Positions 1 through 8,337 of a stretch of 44,006 nt of DNA are shown here, piece after piece. Every line of letters begins with the position of its first letter. The stretch's first letter is position 1. Source of the stretch: an uncultured Phycisphaeraceae bacterium (GTDB taxonomy: Bacteria > Planctomycetota > B15-G4 > JADJEK01). The stretch spans positions 1-44,006 of the forward strand of contig CAZOLL010000002.1 of NCBI GenBank assembly GCA_964580365.1, in the 5' to 3' direction. The notes beneath the pieces are model-generated. The model did not search any database. It saw nothing but the letters and a program-made list of their open reading frames with translations, and had not been told where the DNA came from. The position numbers were made by a program, and so were the translations under genes.

Positions 1-843
1 GAGCAGCTTCAGGTTGACGAGGATCAGGTCCATCGCCGCGTTGCCGGAGCGCTCGCCGATGCCGAGCGCGCAGCCGTGCACTCGGTCGGCGCCGGCCTCG
101 ATCGCGGCGATCACGTTCGCGACGCCGAGTCCGCGGTCCTGGTGGCCGTGCCAGTCGATCTTCACCGAGTCGAGCTTGCCCTTCCGCTTCAGCAGGTTCT
201 TGCCGAAGCGGATCAAGGACTTCACGCCGTCGGGCGTCGCGTGACCGCACGTGTCGCAGAAGCAGAGGCGCGCCGCGCCGAGGTCGACCGCCATGCCGTA
301 GAGCTTCTCGAGGATCTCGGGATGCGCGCGGGTCGTGTCCTCGGTGACGTACATCACCGGCAGCGAGTGCTTCTGGCAGAACGAGAGGCACTCCTCGGTG
401 CTCTTCAGCATCCGGTCGAGGTCCCAGTCCTCCGTGTAACTGCGGATGCGCGACGAGCCGATGAACGTGCACACCTCGATGGGGATGCCGACGCGCTGCG
501 TCAGCTCGACGATCGGCTGCACGTCGGACACGACGGTGCGGCACGCGACGTTCGCGCCGATCTTCAGCTTCGCAGTGGAGATCTCCTTCGCAAGCGCCTC
601 GATGTGGCTGACGTGGAAGGGGCCGGCGCCCGGAAGGCCGAGGTTGGCCGAGTCGATGCCGAGGCGGTCCATCAGATGCAGGATGCGGATCTTCGCGTCG
701 ATCGACGGGTTCGTGACCGCGGGCGACTGCAGACCGTCGCGCAGCGTCTCGTCGTCGAACTCGATGCGCCGCGGCGGGCGAGGCGCGTGCACGTCGGAGA
801 GGTTCCAGTCGAAGATCAGCGAGTCGAGCGCGCTGCCGTGCAT
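1..843 (-). CDS. HMGL-like (DRE-TIM metallolyase) enzyme of the 2-isopropylmalate synthase / homocitrate synthase family; N-terminal 281 codons, 3' end lies beyond the window
   Basis: Manual reverse translation from ATG at 843-841 gives MHGSALDSLIFDWNLSDVHAPRPPRRIEFDDETLRDGLQSP...DWHGHQDRGLGVANVIAAIEAGADRVHGCALGIGERSGNAAMDL. This contains the family motifs TLRDG.Q, H.H.D.G and G.GER.GN. The frame stays open to base 1. GGAG lies 9 nt upstream of the ATG. The ORF is absent from the supplied track because it runs off the edge. Confidence 0.8.
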   Translation of the reverse strand, partial: MHGSALDSLIFDWNLSDVHAPRPPRRIEFDDETLRDGLQSPAVTNPSIDAKIRILHLMDRLGIDSANLGLPGAGPFHVSHIEALAKEISTAKLKIGANVACRTVVSDVQPIVELTQRVGIPIEVCTFIGSSRIRSYTEDWDLDRMLKSTEECLSFCQKHSLPVMYVTEDTTRAHPEILEKLYGMAVDLGAARLCFCDTCGHATPDGVKSLIRFGKNLLKRKGKLDSVKIDWHGHQDRGLGVANVIAAIEAGADRVHGCALGIGERSGNAAMDLILVNLKLL

Positions 844-912
844 GAGGTCGCTCCGTTCCGGATCGAACGGTGCATGTTCACGGCGCGGGGGACGACTGTC
901 AACGCGGCGCGG

Positions 913-2055
913 TCAGGTGTCCTCGAGCTCGTTGAAGAAGTCGTCGGACGAGCCGAGGTTCTTCAGGTAGTCGTGGAATTCGATCCGCGCGTCCGCATCG
1001 ATCTTGCCGGTCGTCTCCTTGCCGAGCATGCGCTCGGTGACCCAGTTGGGCAGGTAGACCTCGGCCGTCAGCTCCTTGTCGTTCACCATCTCCTCGAGCG
1101 CGACGAGGTTGTGCCGCACCAGGACCGCGCGCTTGCCGAAGAAGCGGCGCTTGCGCACCAGATCTTCCTCGGACGACGACACGAGCTTGAGCAGGTCGAC
1201 GGCATCGAGGAAAGCGCCGCCTTCGAGCAGCTCCTGGAACAGGAGAGTCACGAGCACGACCATCTCTTCCTCGCCGAGCGCGAACTCCTTCACCATCGTC
1301 GCGATCGGGAACTCGTCGAGCTTCCGCGTGAGCTTCAAGGACTGCTCGATCCGTTCGCGGAAGCGCGCGAGCTGCTGGTTCAACGTCGCGACCGACTCGG
1401 CGGCGCCGAGGCCGACGTCTTCCCAGGTCTCGACCTCGAACACGCGCGCCGCGCGCTTGCGATACAGGAGCGAGAGCCGGCGCAGGTCGATGAGGTAGGC
1501 GACGTTCGACTTGTAGGGCTGCGCCTTCGCGCGCGCGGGCGGCAGCCGCAGCTTCTTGCCCGCGAAGAACGAGTTGCGCACCAGGCGGAACACGCGGTCG
1601 CTGATCTTGAACGACGTCTCGAGCAGGTCCTCTTCGTCGTCGTCGTCCTTCACTTCGGGCACGACGAGACCGGCGGACTGGAGCATCGCGTTCGGCTCGA
1701 GGAACGAGCAGCCGCGCAGGAAGTCGAACGACGAATCGAAGAGCAGGGCGAGGAGCTGGCGCCCCTTCAGGTAAGGATTGTCCGATTCGAGGCGCCGCCG
1801 GAGCAGCGCGAGCAGCACGATGAGCTGGTACTTGTTGACCTTGTATCGCGCGAGCAGCTGCCCGAGCGCCGAGCGGTCCGACAGCTCCGAGAGGTCCTTC
1901 CCGATGAGGTCGATCTTCTTCCGGGTCTCGACGCGCAGCCGCTTGGTCTCGGCGAGGTCCGGCGTCTGCACCTGGATGCGCTCGCGAAGCGCGCCGAGCT
2001 GGTCATAGTGATCGAGCAGTCGCTTCAGAACGGCCCGTTCACTCGGCTGGCTCAT
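913..2055 (-). CDS. hypothetical cytoplasmic protein with an internal duplication and an acidic linker (KDDDDEEDLLE)
   Basis: Track ORF 913..2094. I prefer the ATG at 2055 (MSQPSERAV...), which is preceded by AAGG/AGG; the GTG at 2094 is also possible. GC3 is high. No catalytic motif recognised. Two related helical segments are visible: LLARYKVNKYQLIVLLALLRRRL... and MVKEFALGEEEMVVLVTLLFQELL... Confidence 0.6.
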   Translation of the reverse strand: MSQPSERAVLKRLLDHYDQLGALRERIQVQTPDLAETKRLRVETRKKIDLIGKDLSELSDRSALGQLLARYKVNKYQLIVLLALLRRRLESDNPYLKGRQLLALLFDSSFDFLRGCSFLEPNAMLQSAGLVVPEVKDDDDEEDLLETSFKISDRVFRLVRNSFFAGKKLRLPPARAKAQPYKSNVAYLIDLRRLSLLYRKRAARVFEVETWEDVGLGAAESVATLNQQLARFRERIEQSLKLTRKLDEFPIATMVKEFALGEEEMVVLVTLLFQELLEGGAFLDAVDLLKLVSSSEEDLVRKRRFFGKRAVLVRHNLVALEEMVNDKELTAEVYLPNWVTERMLGKETTGKIDADARIEFHDYLKNLGSSDDFFNELEDT

Positions 2056-2159
2056 CTCGGCCCTGCCTTTCCGGCGCGCACGCCGTCGGTTCACTCCCCG
2101 TTTCCCGCGCGGCTCGGGATTCTAGTTCCGCTCCGAAAGGGTCTTCGACGTTCCGGACC

Positions 2160-3170
2160 TTGGATCCTGAGCCCTTCTCGACCCGGTCGCACAAGTCGCT
2201 TTCCAGCAGAGGTTTTCGAGTGAGGTCGAGCCGCAGAACACCCCGAGAAACCTCCGCCCGGACGGTTGCCGCCGTCGACCTCGGCAGCAACATGCTCCGA
2301 CTCGTGGTCGGCCGCCTCGGGCGGAGCGGCGCGGTCGAACGGGTCGAGAAGCGGGTGATCGTCACGAGGGTCGCGGACGGCGTGGAGAGGACGAAGAACC
2401 TCTCGAAATCGGCGCTCGACCGGACGGCGCGCGCGCTGCGGCGGTTTCGGTCGCGGGCCGCGGCGCTCGGAGCGCGAGTTCCGCGCGTCGTCGCGACGGG
2501 CGCGTTTCGCCATGCGAAGAACCGCGAAGCCGCGCGCCGCTTCCTTCGGCAAGAGAGCGGGCTTTCGATCGAGGTGATCGCCGGCGCGCGTGAGGCACGC
2601 CTCGCGCTGCTCGGGGTCCGCGGTGCCGCGCCCGAGGCACGCCGACTCGCGCTGATCGACGTCGGGGGCGCGAGCACGGAGATCGTCGTGGCGGACGGAG
2701 AGCGCGTGCGCGCGGTGTCGCGGCCGATCGGCGTGATCTCGCTGTTCGAGCGCGGCGAGGGCGCGAGGGCGTTTACGGCGCAGGCCGCGCGCGCGTTCCG
2801 CGGCGTCCGGCTGCGCGCCGGGCGCGGCGTTCCCTGCCTTGCCGCCGGCGGCGCCGCGCTCGCCTTCGCCGCGTGGCGCGCAAGCGCGCGGTACTTGAAA
2901 TTCGGAGGCGGCGGGACGACGCTGTCGGTCGCCGCGCTCGAGCGGTTGCGCCGCCAGTTCGCGTCGGCACCGCCGTCGGTCGCGGCGCGTCGCCTCGGCA
3001 TCACGGCCGCGCACGCGCGGCTGATCGAACCGGGCCACGCGATCCTGGTCGCGGCGATGCGCGTTCTCGGCGTCGATCGCGTGCAGCCAACCGACCGCGG
3101 CGTGGCGGAAGGACTGGTGCACGAGATGTTGGCCCGGACGACGAAGACCGCGCGAAAGGCGGCGAAGTGA
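2160..3170 (+). CDS. Ppx/GppA family phosphatase (exopolyphosphatase / pppGpp phosphohydrolase-like), short form with the N-terminal ASKHA domains only
   Basis: AAVDLGSNMLRLVV is the typical Ppx-GppA phosphate-1 motif. LIDVGGASTEIV is the second ASKHA motif. The start is uncertain: TTG at 2160 or in-frame GTG at 2220. Confidence 0.75.
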   Translation: MDPEPFSTRSHKSLSSRGFRVRSSRRTPRETSARTVAAVDLGSNMLRLVVGRLGRSGAVERVEKRVIVTRVADGVERTKNLSKSALDRTARALRRFRSRAAALGARVPRVVATGAFRHAKNREAARRFLRQESGLSIEVIAGAREARLALLGVRGAAPEARRLALIDVGGASTEIVVADGERVRAVSRPIGVISLFERGEGARAFTAQAARAFRGVRLRAGRGVPCLAAGGAALAFAAWRASARYLKFGGGGTTLSVAALERLRRQFASAPPSVAARRLGITAAHARLIEPGHAILVAAMRVLGVDRVQPTDRGVAEGLVHEMLARTTKTARKAAK

Positions 3171-4357
3171 GCGAGACGCGCCGAGTTCGCTGGCCGACGG
3201 TGTTGTGGCGCGTCGCTGCGTGCACTCTCGCGCTCGCGTTGCTCCTCAAGTGGAGCGTCGTCGACGGATACGAAGTCCGCGGCAACTCCATGCATCCCCT
3301 GCTCGTGGACCGCGTCGACGGGCCGGATCGCGTGATCGTGATCAAGCCGTGGTACCGCTGGTTCGAGCCGGAGCGCTTCGACCTCGTCGTGTTCGAGCGG
3401 CCGGAGTCCGAGGCCGGCGCCGGCGCCGGCGACGCGCACGCATCTCCATCGGAGGAGCCGCCCGGCGACCGTTTCGTGAAGCGCGTGATCGGGATGTCGG
3501 GCGAGACGATCCGAATCGAAGGCGGCGACGCGTTCATCGACGGCGCCGCCGCACCGCTGCGCAAGCCGATCGAGAAGCTGCTCGAAATGCTCGAGCCGGT
3601 CACGACGCTCGACGCGAACGCTTCCGAGTCCGCGGACTGGCAAGCGCCGGCCGGCGCGAAGAAAGACGGCGCGTTCGTGCTCGACGCGAACGCTGCGGGC
3701 GGCGCGGCGGAGCTGCGCTACCTGCAGACGATCCGCGATTCGTGGGTCGACGAGCGCGGCGCGCTGCGCCCGGGCGGCGACGCGGTGAACGACGTCGCGA
3801 TGTTCGTGCGGCTCGAGACGAGCGGAGGAGAAGCGCGCGTCGAGTTCGAGCTGCGCGACGCGGGCGACACGTTCGTCCTCGAATGGACCTCCGCCGGAGT
3901 CGCGCGCCTGCACCGGCGTGTGCCGGCCGAATCGATCGTCGCCGAGGTGACGCGCACCGACCTCGCGCCGGCGCCCGGCCGCGTGCTCGACGTGATGTTC
4001 TCCAACGTCGACAACGAGGTGTTGTTCCGCGTCGCGGGCGAGACGGTCCTCGAGTACCGCTACGACAAGAACACCCCGGTCGAAGGCGTGCCGATCTCCG
4101 CCGAGCCGGCGCTGCGCGCCGCGCAGGGAATCGTGGTGGCGACGCGCGTCGAGTTGCGCCGCGACGTCGCGTACCCGGACGTCGCCGGAGTCGCGCCGGG
4201 GACCCCGACGAAGATCCCCGACGGCTGCTACTTCCTGCTCGGCGACAATGGCGCGAACAGCCGCGACAGCCGATACTTCGGGCCGATCCCCCGCGACCGA
4301 TTCCGCGGTCGACCGTGGTGCATCGTGAGCCCGTGGAGACGGTTCCGCTGGTTGTGA
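3167..4357 (+). CDS. lepB: signal peptidase I (S26 family) with long insertions
   Basis: GTG at 3167 overlaps the Ppx stop (GTGA). An N-terminal TM segment (WRVAACTLALALLL) is followed by the catalytic Ser box RGNSMHPLL, the Lys box FVKRVIGMSGETIRI, and box E GCYFLLGDNGANSRDSRYFGPIP. Confidence 0.85.
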   Translation: MSETRRVRWPTVLWRVAACTLALALLLKWSVVDGYEVRGNSMHPLLVDRVDGPDRVIVIKPWYRWFEPERFDLVVFERPESEAGAGAGDAHASPSEEPPGDRFVKRVIGMSGETIRIEGGDAFIDGAAAPLRKPIEKLLEMLEPVTTLDANASESADWQAPAGAKKDGAFVLDANAAGGAAELRYLQTIRDSWVDERGALRPGGDAVNDVAMFVRLETSGGEARVEFELRDAGDTFVLEWTSAGVARLHRRVPAESIVAEVTRTDLAPAPGRVLDVMFSNVDNEVLFRVAGETVLEYRYDKNTPVEGVPISAEPALRAAQGIVVATRVELRRDVAYPDVAGVAPGTPTKIPDGCYFLLGDNGANSRDSRYFGPIPRDRFRGRPWCIVSPWRRFRWL

Positions 4358-4430
4358 CCCGCCGCGCCGCCTCGCCCGCGGAGCGAAACCGGCCGAATCC
4401 GTCCACAACCTCCTGCGAGAGGCCTGGTTG

Positions 4431-5075
4431 ATGTCGCCGTTGGCTCAGCCCCCGACACCAGAGCCCGAGGACGAGGGCGCCCGCCTCATGCTCGCGGCGC
4501 GCGCTGGCGACCCCGCGGCGTTCGCGGAGCTCGTGCGCCGCTACCACCGCATCGTGCTCAACACGGTGTTCAGGTTCTGCGGCAATCGGGCGACGGCGGA
4601 GGAGCTGACGCAGGATGTGTTCGTCCGGATGTACCGCGCGCGCGACGGGTACGAGGTGAAGGCGAAGTTCGACACATGGCTGCACCGGATCATCTTCAAC
4701 CTGTGCGCAAACGCGGCCGAGTCCGGCAAGCGTCGCCGCGCGGTCTCTCTCGAGCGCGACGGGCGCGGCCCGGACGGCGAGCGGGGCGGTGTGGAGGTCG
4801 ACGACCCGAGCGCGGCGAGCCCGCTCGCGCGGCTCGAGCAGGATGAACTCACGATGAAGCTGCACGAGTGCATCAAGAAGCTCCCCGACCAGCAGCGCGC
4901 CGCGCTCGTGATGAGCCGCTTCGGCGGCATTCGATACACGTCGATCGCGGAAGCGCTCGACACGTCGGTGGAAGCCGTGAAGTCGCTCCTGTTCCGCGCG
5001 CGCGAGAACCTGCGCGAGATGTTGACCCCCTACCTGCGCGAGGAAGTCCGCGAGGAGGCCCACGATGGACGTTGA
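4431..5075 (+). CDS. ECF (sigma-70 family, group 4) RNA polymerase sigma factor
   Basis: Region 2 is LTQDVFVRMYRA...FDTWLHRIIFNLCAN. Region 4 is LPDQQRAALVMSRFGGIRYTSIAEALDTSVEAVKSLLFRAR. ATG at 4431, with TTG at 4428 immediately before it. Confidence 0.88.
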   Translation: MSPLAQPPTPEPEDEGARLMLAARAGDPAAFAELVRRYHRIVLNTVFRFCGNRATAEELTQDVFVRMYRARDGYEVKAKFDTWLHRIIFNLCANAAESGKRRRAVSLERDGRGPDGERGGVEVDDPSAASPLARLEQDELTMKLHECIKKLPDQQRAALVMSRFGGIRYTSIAEALDTSVEAVKSLLFRARENLREMLTPYLREEVREEAHDGR

Positions 5076-5580
5076 TCGGTTCAAGGAACGGCTCGCGCTC
5101 GAGCCGGTGGTGCGCGACGTGCTCGACCTGCCGCTCGAACTGCGGCGCGAGGTCGCGGGCGACATCGCGCTGCGCCGGCTCGTCGACGAACGCATCCGCA
5201 TCGACCGCGCGCTCGATCGACTGCCCGAGCTCCCGTCGTCGGACGAAGCGATCGCGCGCGTCCTCGCGGCGGTCAGCGCCGACTCCGATCCTCGTCGCGG
5301 TCGCCGTCCGTTCCGCCCCGCGTGGTGGCTCGCCGCCGCCGCGCTCGTGGCCGTCGCGATCGGCGTCGGTCGCGCGCGTCTGTCCGGCACTGGCTCGACC
5401 GGCGGCGACGGCGCAGCGAACGACGAGCTGCTCGCGCAGATGGACCTGCTGATGGATTGGGACGTCCTCGACTCCCACGCGGAAGAGCTCGACGCCATCG
5501 CGTTCGCCGATCTCGCCGCCGCGATCGCCGAGTTCGACGGTGTCGCGCCGCTCGCCGATGACAAGGAGATCCCGCGATGA
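5065..5580 (+). CDS. putative anti-sigma factor (single-pass membrane protein)
   Basis: Overlaps the sigma gene end by 11 nt. One TM segment (PAWWLAAAALVAVAIGVG). The call rests on position directly after the ECF sigma gene. No zinc-finger motif. Confidence 0.5.
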   Translation: MDVDRFKERLALEPVVRDVLDLPLELRREVAGDIALRRLVDERIRIDRALDRLPELPSSDEAIARVLAAVSADSDPRRGRRPFRPAWWLAAAALVAVAIGVGRARLSGTGSTGGDGAANDELLAQMDLLMDWDVLDSHAEELDAIAFADLAAAIAEFDGVAPLADDKEIPR

Positions 5581-6761
5581 TGCGTCGCGCTCACGCGCTG
5601 CTCTCGATCGTGTTCGTCGCCGCGACGTGCGGCGTCGCGATCGCGCAGGAAGGCGTCCCGCAGCCGCCGCCGCCCGGCGCTCGCCCGCCGATCGACCCGA
5701 AGGAGCGTTGGGAGAGGATGACGCCCGAAGAGCGCGCGCGACTCGCGGAGCGCTTCGACCGCTGGAAGCACCTCCCGCCGGAACAGCAGCGCGAGATGCA
5801 GGAGCGCCACCACGCCCTGCGCCGCACGCGCGAGGAGGCGATTCGCCGCCTGCCGCCGCCCGAGCGCGAGCGCCTGAAGCAGATGTCGCCCGAAGAGCGC
5901 CGGCGCTTTCTCGAAGGCCAGGTCGAGCGCGTCCTCCCCGAAGTGCGCGACGACATGCGGCGCCCGCCGGCGGGCGGGACGCCGGAGAGCGGCTCGTTCC
6001 GCGACCTGCGCGCAGCCGTCCGCGGCTACGCGACGGAGCGGCTGCGCGAGTTCGAGCGCCAGGGCGTGCTGCGTCCGGGCGAAGCGGAGCACCTGCTCTC
6101 GCTCGCGCCGTGGCAGCTGCCCGACGAGATCCGCGGTCTGAAGAAGCGCGACGTGCTCGCGAATCCGCCGCCCGCGTTCCAGATGCTGCCGCCCGATGAG
6201 CGAGCGCGCATCGCCGAGCTTCCGCCCGAGGCGTTCCTCGACGAGATGCACCGACTCTCGGACGGGAAGCGCGACCGCGGACCGCGCGGCCGCGCGCGCG
6301 ACGTGTTCGATCGCATGCGCCAGCACGGCGGCCCGGATCGCGATGGGCGCGACGGTCGCGGCGGCCCGCGCCCGATCTTGCCGCGGCAGCTCGCCGATCA
6401 CCTCACGCCCGAGCAGCGCGCGCAGATCGAGGCGGCGCACGGCCGCGATCGCATCCGGCTGATCGGCGAGTTCCTGATGGAGCGCGCGCGCGCGGCGCTG
6501 ATGCAACGCGGCGAAGATCCGAAGGCGGTCGACGCGCTGTCCGGGCTCGACGGCTACGAGCGCGATCGCCGCCTCCTGAAGTTGATCGACCCGAACGCGG
6601 AGCTCCCGCCGCCGCCGATGCAGGGCCGCGGCGAAGGTGGCCCGCCGGGTCCCGGTGGTCCGCCCGACGGACACGGGTCGGAAGACGACGATCGCGATGG
6701 GCGTGACTGGCGCGACGGGCGCGACGGGCGCGATCGCCATCCGGATCAGCGCTGGGATTGA
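5577..6761 (+). CDS. secreted Arg/Glu-rich repeat protein (DUF3106-like) with C-terminal RDG repeats
   Basis: ATGA overlap with the upstream gene. Signal peptide MMRRAHALLSIVFVAATCGVAIAQ. Reiterated P-x-E-(E/Q)-R motifs: TPEERARL, PPEQQREM, PPPERERL, SPEERRRF, PPDERARI, TPEQRAQI. The DUF3106 assignment is from memory of that family's W..L.PE.R repeats. Confidence 0.6.
   Translation: MMRRAHALLSIVFVAATCGVAIAQEGVPQPPPPGARPPIDPKERWERMTPEERARLAERFDRWKHLPPEQQREMQERHHALRRTREEAIRRLPPPERERLKQMSPEERRRFLEGQVERVLPEVRDDMRRPPAGGTPESGSFRDLRAAVRGYATERLREFERQGVLRPGEAEHLLSLAPWQLPDEIRGLKKRDVLANPPPAFQMLPPDERARIAELPPEAFLDEMHRLSDGKRDRGPRGRARDVFDRMRQHGGPDRDGRDGRGGPRPILPRQLADHLTPEQRAQIEAAHGRDRIRLIGEFLMERARAALMQRGEDPKAVDALSGLDGYERDRRLLKLIDPNAELPPPPMQGRGEGGPPGPGGPPDGHGSEDDDRDGRDWRDGRDGRDRHPDQRWD
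6693..6737 (+). repeat. imperfect 9-nt tandem repeat x5 inside the CDS, encoding RDG-RDW-RDG-RDG-RDR
   Basis: Read directly from the sequence: cgcgatggg cgtgactgg cgcgacggg cgcgacggg cgcgatcgc. Confidence 0.8.
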
Positions 6762-6785
6762 GCGGCGGTCCGTAAGATCCCCCGC

Positions 6786-7103
6786 GTGGGGCTCATCGAC
6801 TTCCTCGCCATCGCGGTCGTCTTCTGCGCGCTCGCGCTCGTCGTCTCCGGCGGCGGCGGCAAGGGCGACAAGGTCGTGCCGAGCATCCTCATCGTCGGCG
6901 AGGTGTACGTCCTGCTCCTGCAGCACGGCATCCTCGGCGCGCCGATCGGCGACAAGTCGAGCGTGACGACCGCGGTCTCGGTTCTCGTCGCGATCAGCGC
7001 GCTGATCGGACTCCTGCGCACCGGCGAGAAGTCGTTCTCGCTGCTCGCGATGTTCGCGGCGCTCGAGCAAATGCTCGTCGCACTGCACGTGATCCGGGCC
7101 TGA
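6786..7103 (+). CDS. small hypothetical membrane protein (about 3 TM)
   Basis: GTG start. Hydrophobic segments LIDFLAIAVVFCALALVV, ILIVGEVYVLLL and AVSVLVAISALIGLL. GC3 is high. No family recognised. Confidence 0.45.
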   Translation: MGLIDFLAIAVVFCALALVVSGGGGKGDKVVPSILIVGEVYVLLLQHGILGAPIGDKSSVTTAVSVLVAISALIGLLRTGEKSFSLLAMFAALEQMLVALHVIRA

Positions 7104-7133
7104 CGCCCGGCGGCGTGCTATTGCGCGGGCCTC

Positions 7134-7391
7134 ATGAAGCGCGCTGCGGTCAAGATCGCTCGCAACACCGCCGCACTGATCCTCGTCGCGCTCGGGATCG
7201 TGGGCATCTTCGTGCCGATCATGCCGCAGGTCCTGTTCTTCGTCGCCGCGGTGTTCATCGCCGATCTCGAGCGCAAGACCGCGTTCGTGCGTTGGGTCCT
7301 TTCGCGCCGCTGGGTGAGAAAGATCGGGGGCGAGAAGCTCCACCGGATGATCAACCGCCGGCTGCGAAAGCCCGCGAGGAAGGCCGGGTAA
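7134..7391 (+). CDS. small membrane protein, DUF454/YbaN-like
   Basis: ALILVALGIVGIFVPIMPQVLFFVAAVFIA resembles the YbaN-type LGiiGi.LP.LPttpF.LLAa segment. The tail is basic. Confidence 0.4.
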   Translation: MKRAAVKIARNTAALILVALGIVGIFVPIMPQVLFFVAAVFIADLERKTAFVRWVLSRRWVRKIGGEKLHRMINRRLRKPARKAG

Positions 7392-7425
7392 GCTCTTCCG
7401 TCCCGGATCGTCCGGCGGAGGCCGC

Positions 7426-8337
7426 GTGAAGCGCAAGATCGACCTGTTCGGAGTCCCGATGGACCTGGGCGCCGCGCGCCGAGGCGTCGACATGGGGCCG
7501 TCCGCACTGCGGATCGCCGGCGTCGTCGAGAAGATCCGCGCGCTCGGCCACGAGGTCGAGGACAAGGGCAACGTCGACGTCGCGGAGATGGCGACCACCG
7601 CGGTCGGCGACGGCACGGCGAAATACCGCGCCCAGATCCTCGACTGCGTCGCGCGACTCGCGGCGGCCGTGGAGAAGTCGGTCGCGGCCGGCCGCTTCCC
7701 CGTCGTGCTCGGCGGCGACCACTCGATCGCGATCGGCACGATCACGGGCATCTCCGCCGTGCACCGCCGCCAGGGCAAGAAGATCGGCCTCATCTGGTTC
7801 GACGCGCACGGAGACATGAACACGCCGGACACGAGCCCGTCCGGCAACGTGCACGGAATGCCGCTCGCGATGCTGCTCGGCTACGGGCCGAAGGAGTTCG
7901 CGGAACTCGGCGGCTTCCACCCGAAGGTCGAGCCGAGGAACGTCGTGCTGATGGGCGTGCGCTCGCTCGATCCGTGGGAGCGCGAGATCGTGAAGAAGTC
8001 CGGCATCCACGTCATCACGATGAAGGAGATCGACCGGCTCGGCATGGCGGAGGCCACCGACCGCGCGATCGAATTCGTGAGCGACGGCACCGCGGGCTTC
8101 CACCTCTCGTTCGACCTCGACGGGCTCGACCCGGACATCGCGCCGGGCGTCGGCACGCCGGAGCCGGGCGGCATCAACTTCCGCGAGGCGCACCTGTTGA
8201 TGGAGCTGGTCGCCGACAGCGACCGCCTGCTCGGCCTCGAGCTCGTCGAGCTGAACGCCGTGCTCGACGACCGAAACCGCACCGCGGAGCTGACGGCGCA
8301 CCTGATCCAGAGCGCGCTCGGCCGACGCATCCTGTGA
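7426..8337 (+). CDS. rocF: arginase
   Basis: Ureohydrolase motifs GGDHSIAIG, WFDAHGDMNTPDTSPSGNVHGMPLAMLLG and SFDLDGLDPDIAPGVGTPEPGG. The SGN.HGMP signature favours arginase over agmatinase. Confidence 0.9.
   Translation: MKRKIDLFGVPMDLGAARRGVDMGPSALRIAGVVEKIRALGHEVEDKGNVDVAEMATTAVGDGTAKYRAQILDCVARLAAAVEKSVAAGRFPVVLGGDHSIAIGTITGISAVHRRQGKKIGLIWFDAHGDMNTPDTSPSGNVHGMPLAMLLGYGPKEFAELGGFHPKVEPRNVVLMGVRSLDPWEREIVKKSGIHVITMKEIDRLGMAEATDRAIEFVSDGTAGFHLSFDLDGLDPDIAPGVGTPEPGGINFREAHLLMELVADSDRLLGLELVELNAVLDDRNRTAELTAHLIQSALGRRIL

Noticed and set aside
844-912. A leucine-leader attenuator upstream of the isopropylmalate-synthase-family gene.
   Set aside because: The 69-nt spacer holds only one 6-bp hairpin and no Leu-rich leader ORF.
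6693-6737. The short tandem repeat as a CRISPR or other non-coding repeat array.
   Set aside because: The units are 9 nt, contiguous with no spacers, in frame, and inside a CDS, where they encode RDG repeats.
3600-7847. A 1415-aa ORF on the minus strand, plus similar giants at 32520..37787 (+), 28983..31376 (-), 76..2223 (+), 2039..4408 (-), 31033..33360 (-), 40377..42518 (+), 38773..40620 (+), 17382..19043 (-), 25443..27101 (-), 23545..25173 (+) and 20708..22138 (-).
   Set aside because: Their translations are low-complexity Arg/Ala/Pro/Gly/Asp strings with no motifs. They run antisense or out of frame to ORFs with clear family signatures (gyrA, metG, the kinase, gcdH and others). Stop codons are simply rare in non-coding frames of very GC-rich DNA.
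7974-8333. N-terminal extensions of the track ORFs 7974..9578, 10424..11944, 11740..13437, 2873..4357 and 19602..20744.
   Set aside because: The extended parts are Arg/Pro-rich translations of the preceding gene in another frame. In each case, recognisable protein sequence begins at an in-frame GTG/ATG that overlaps the upstream stop codon.
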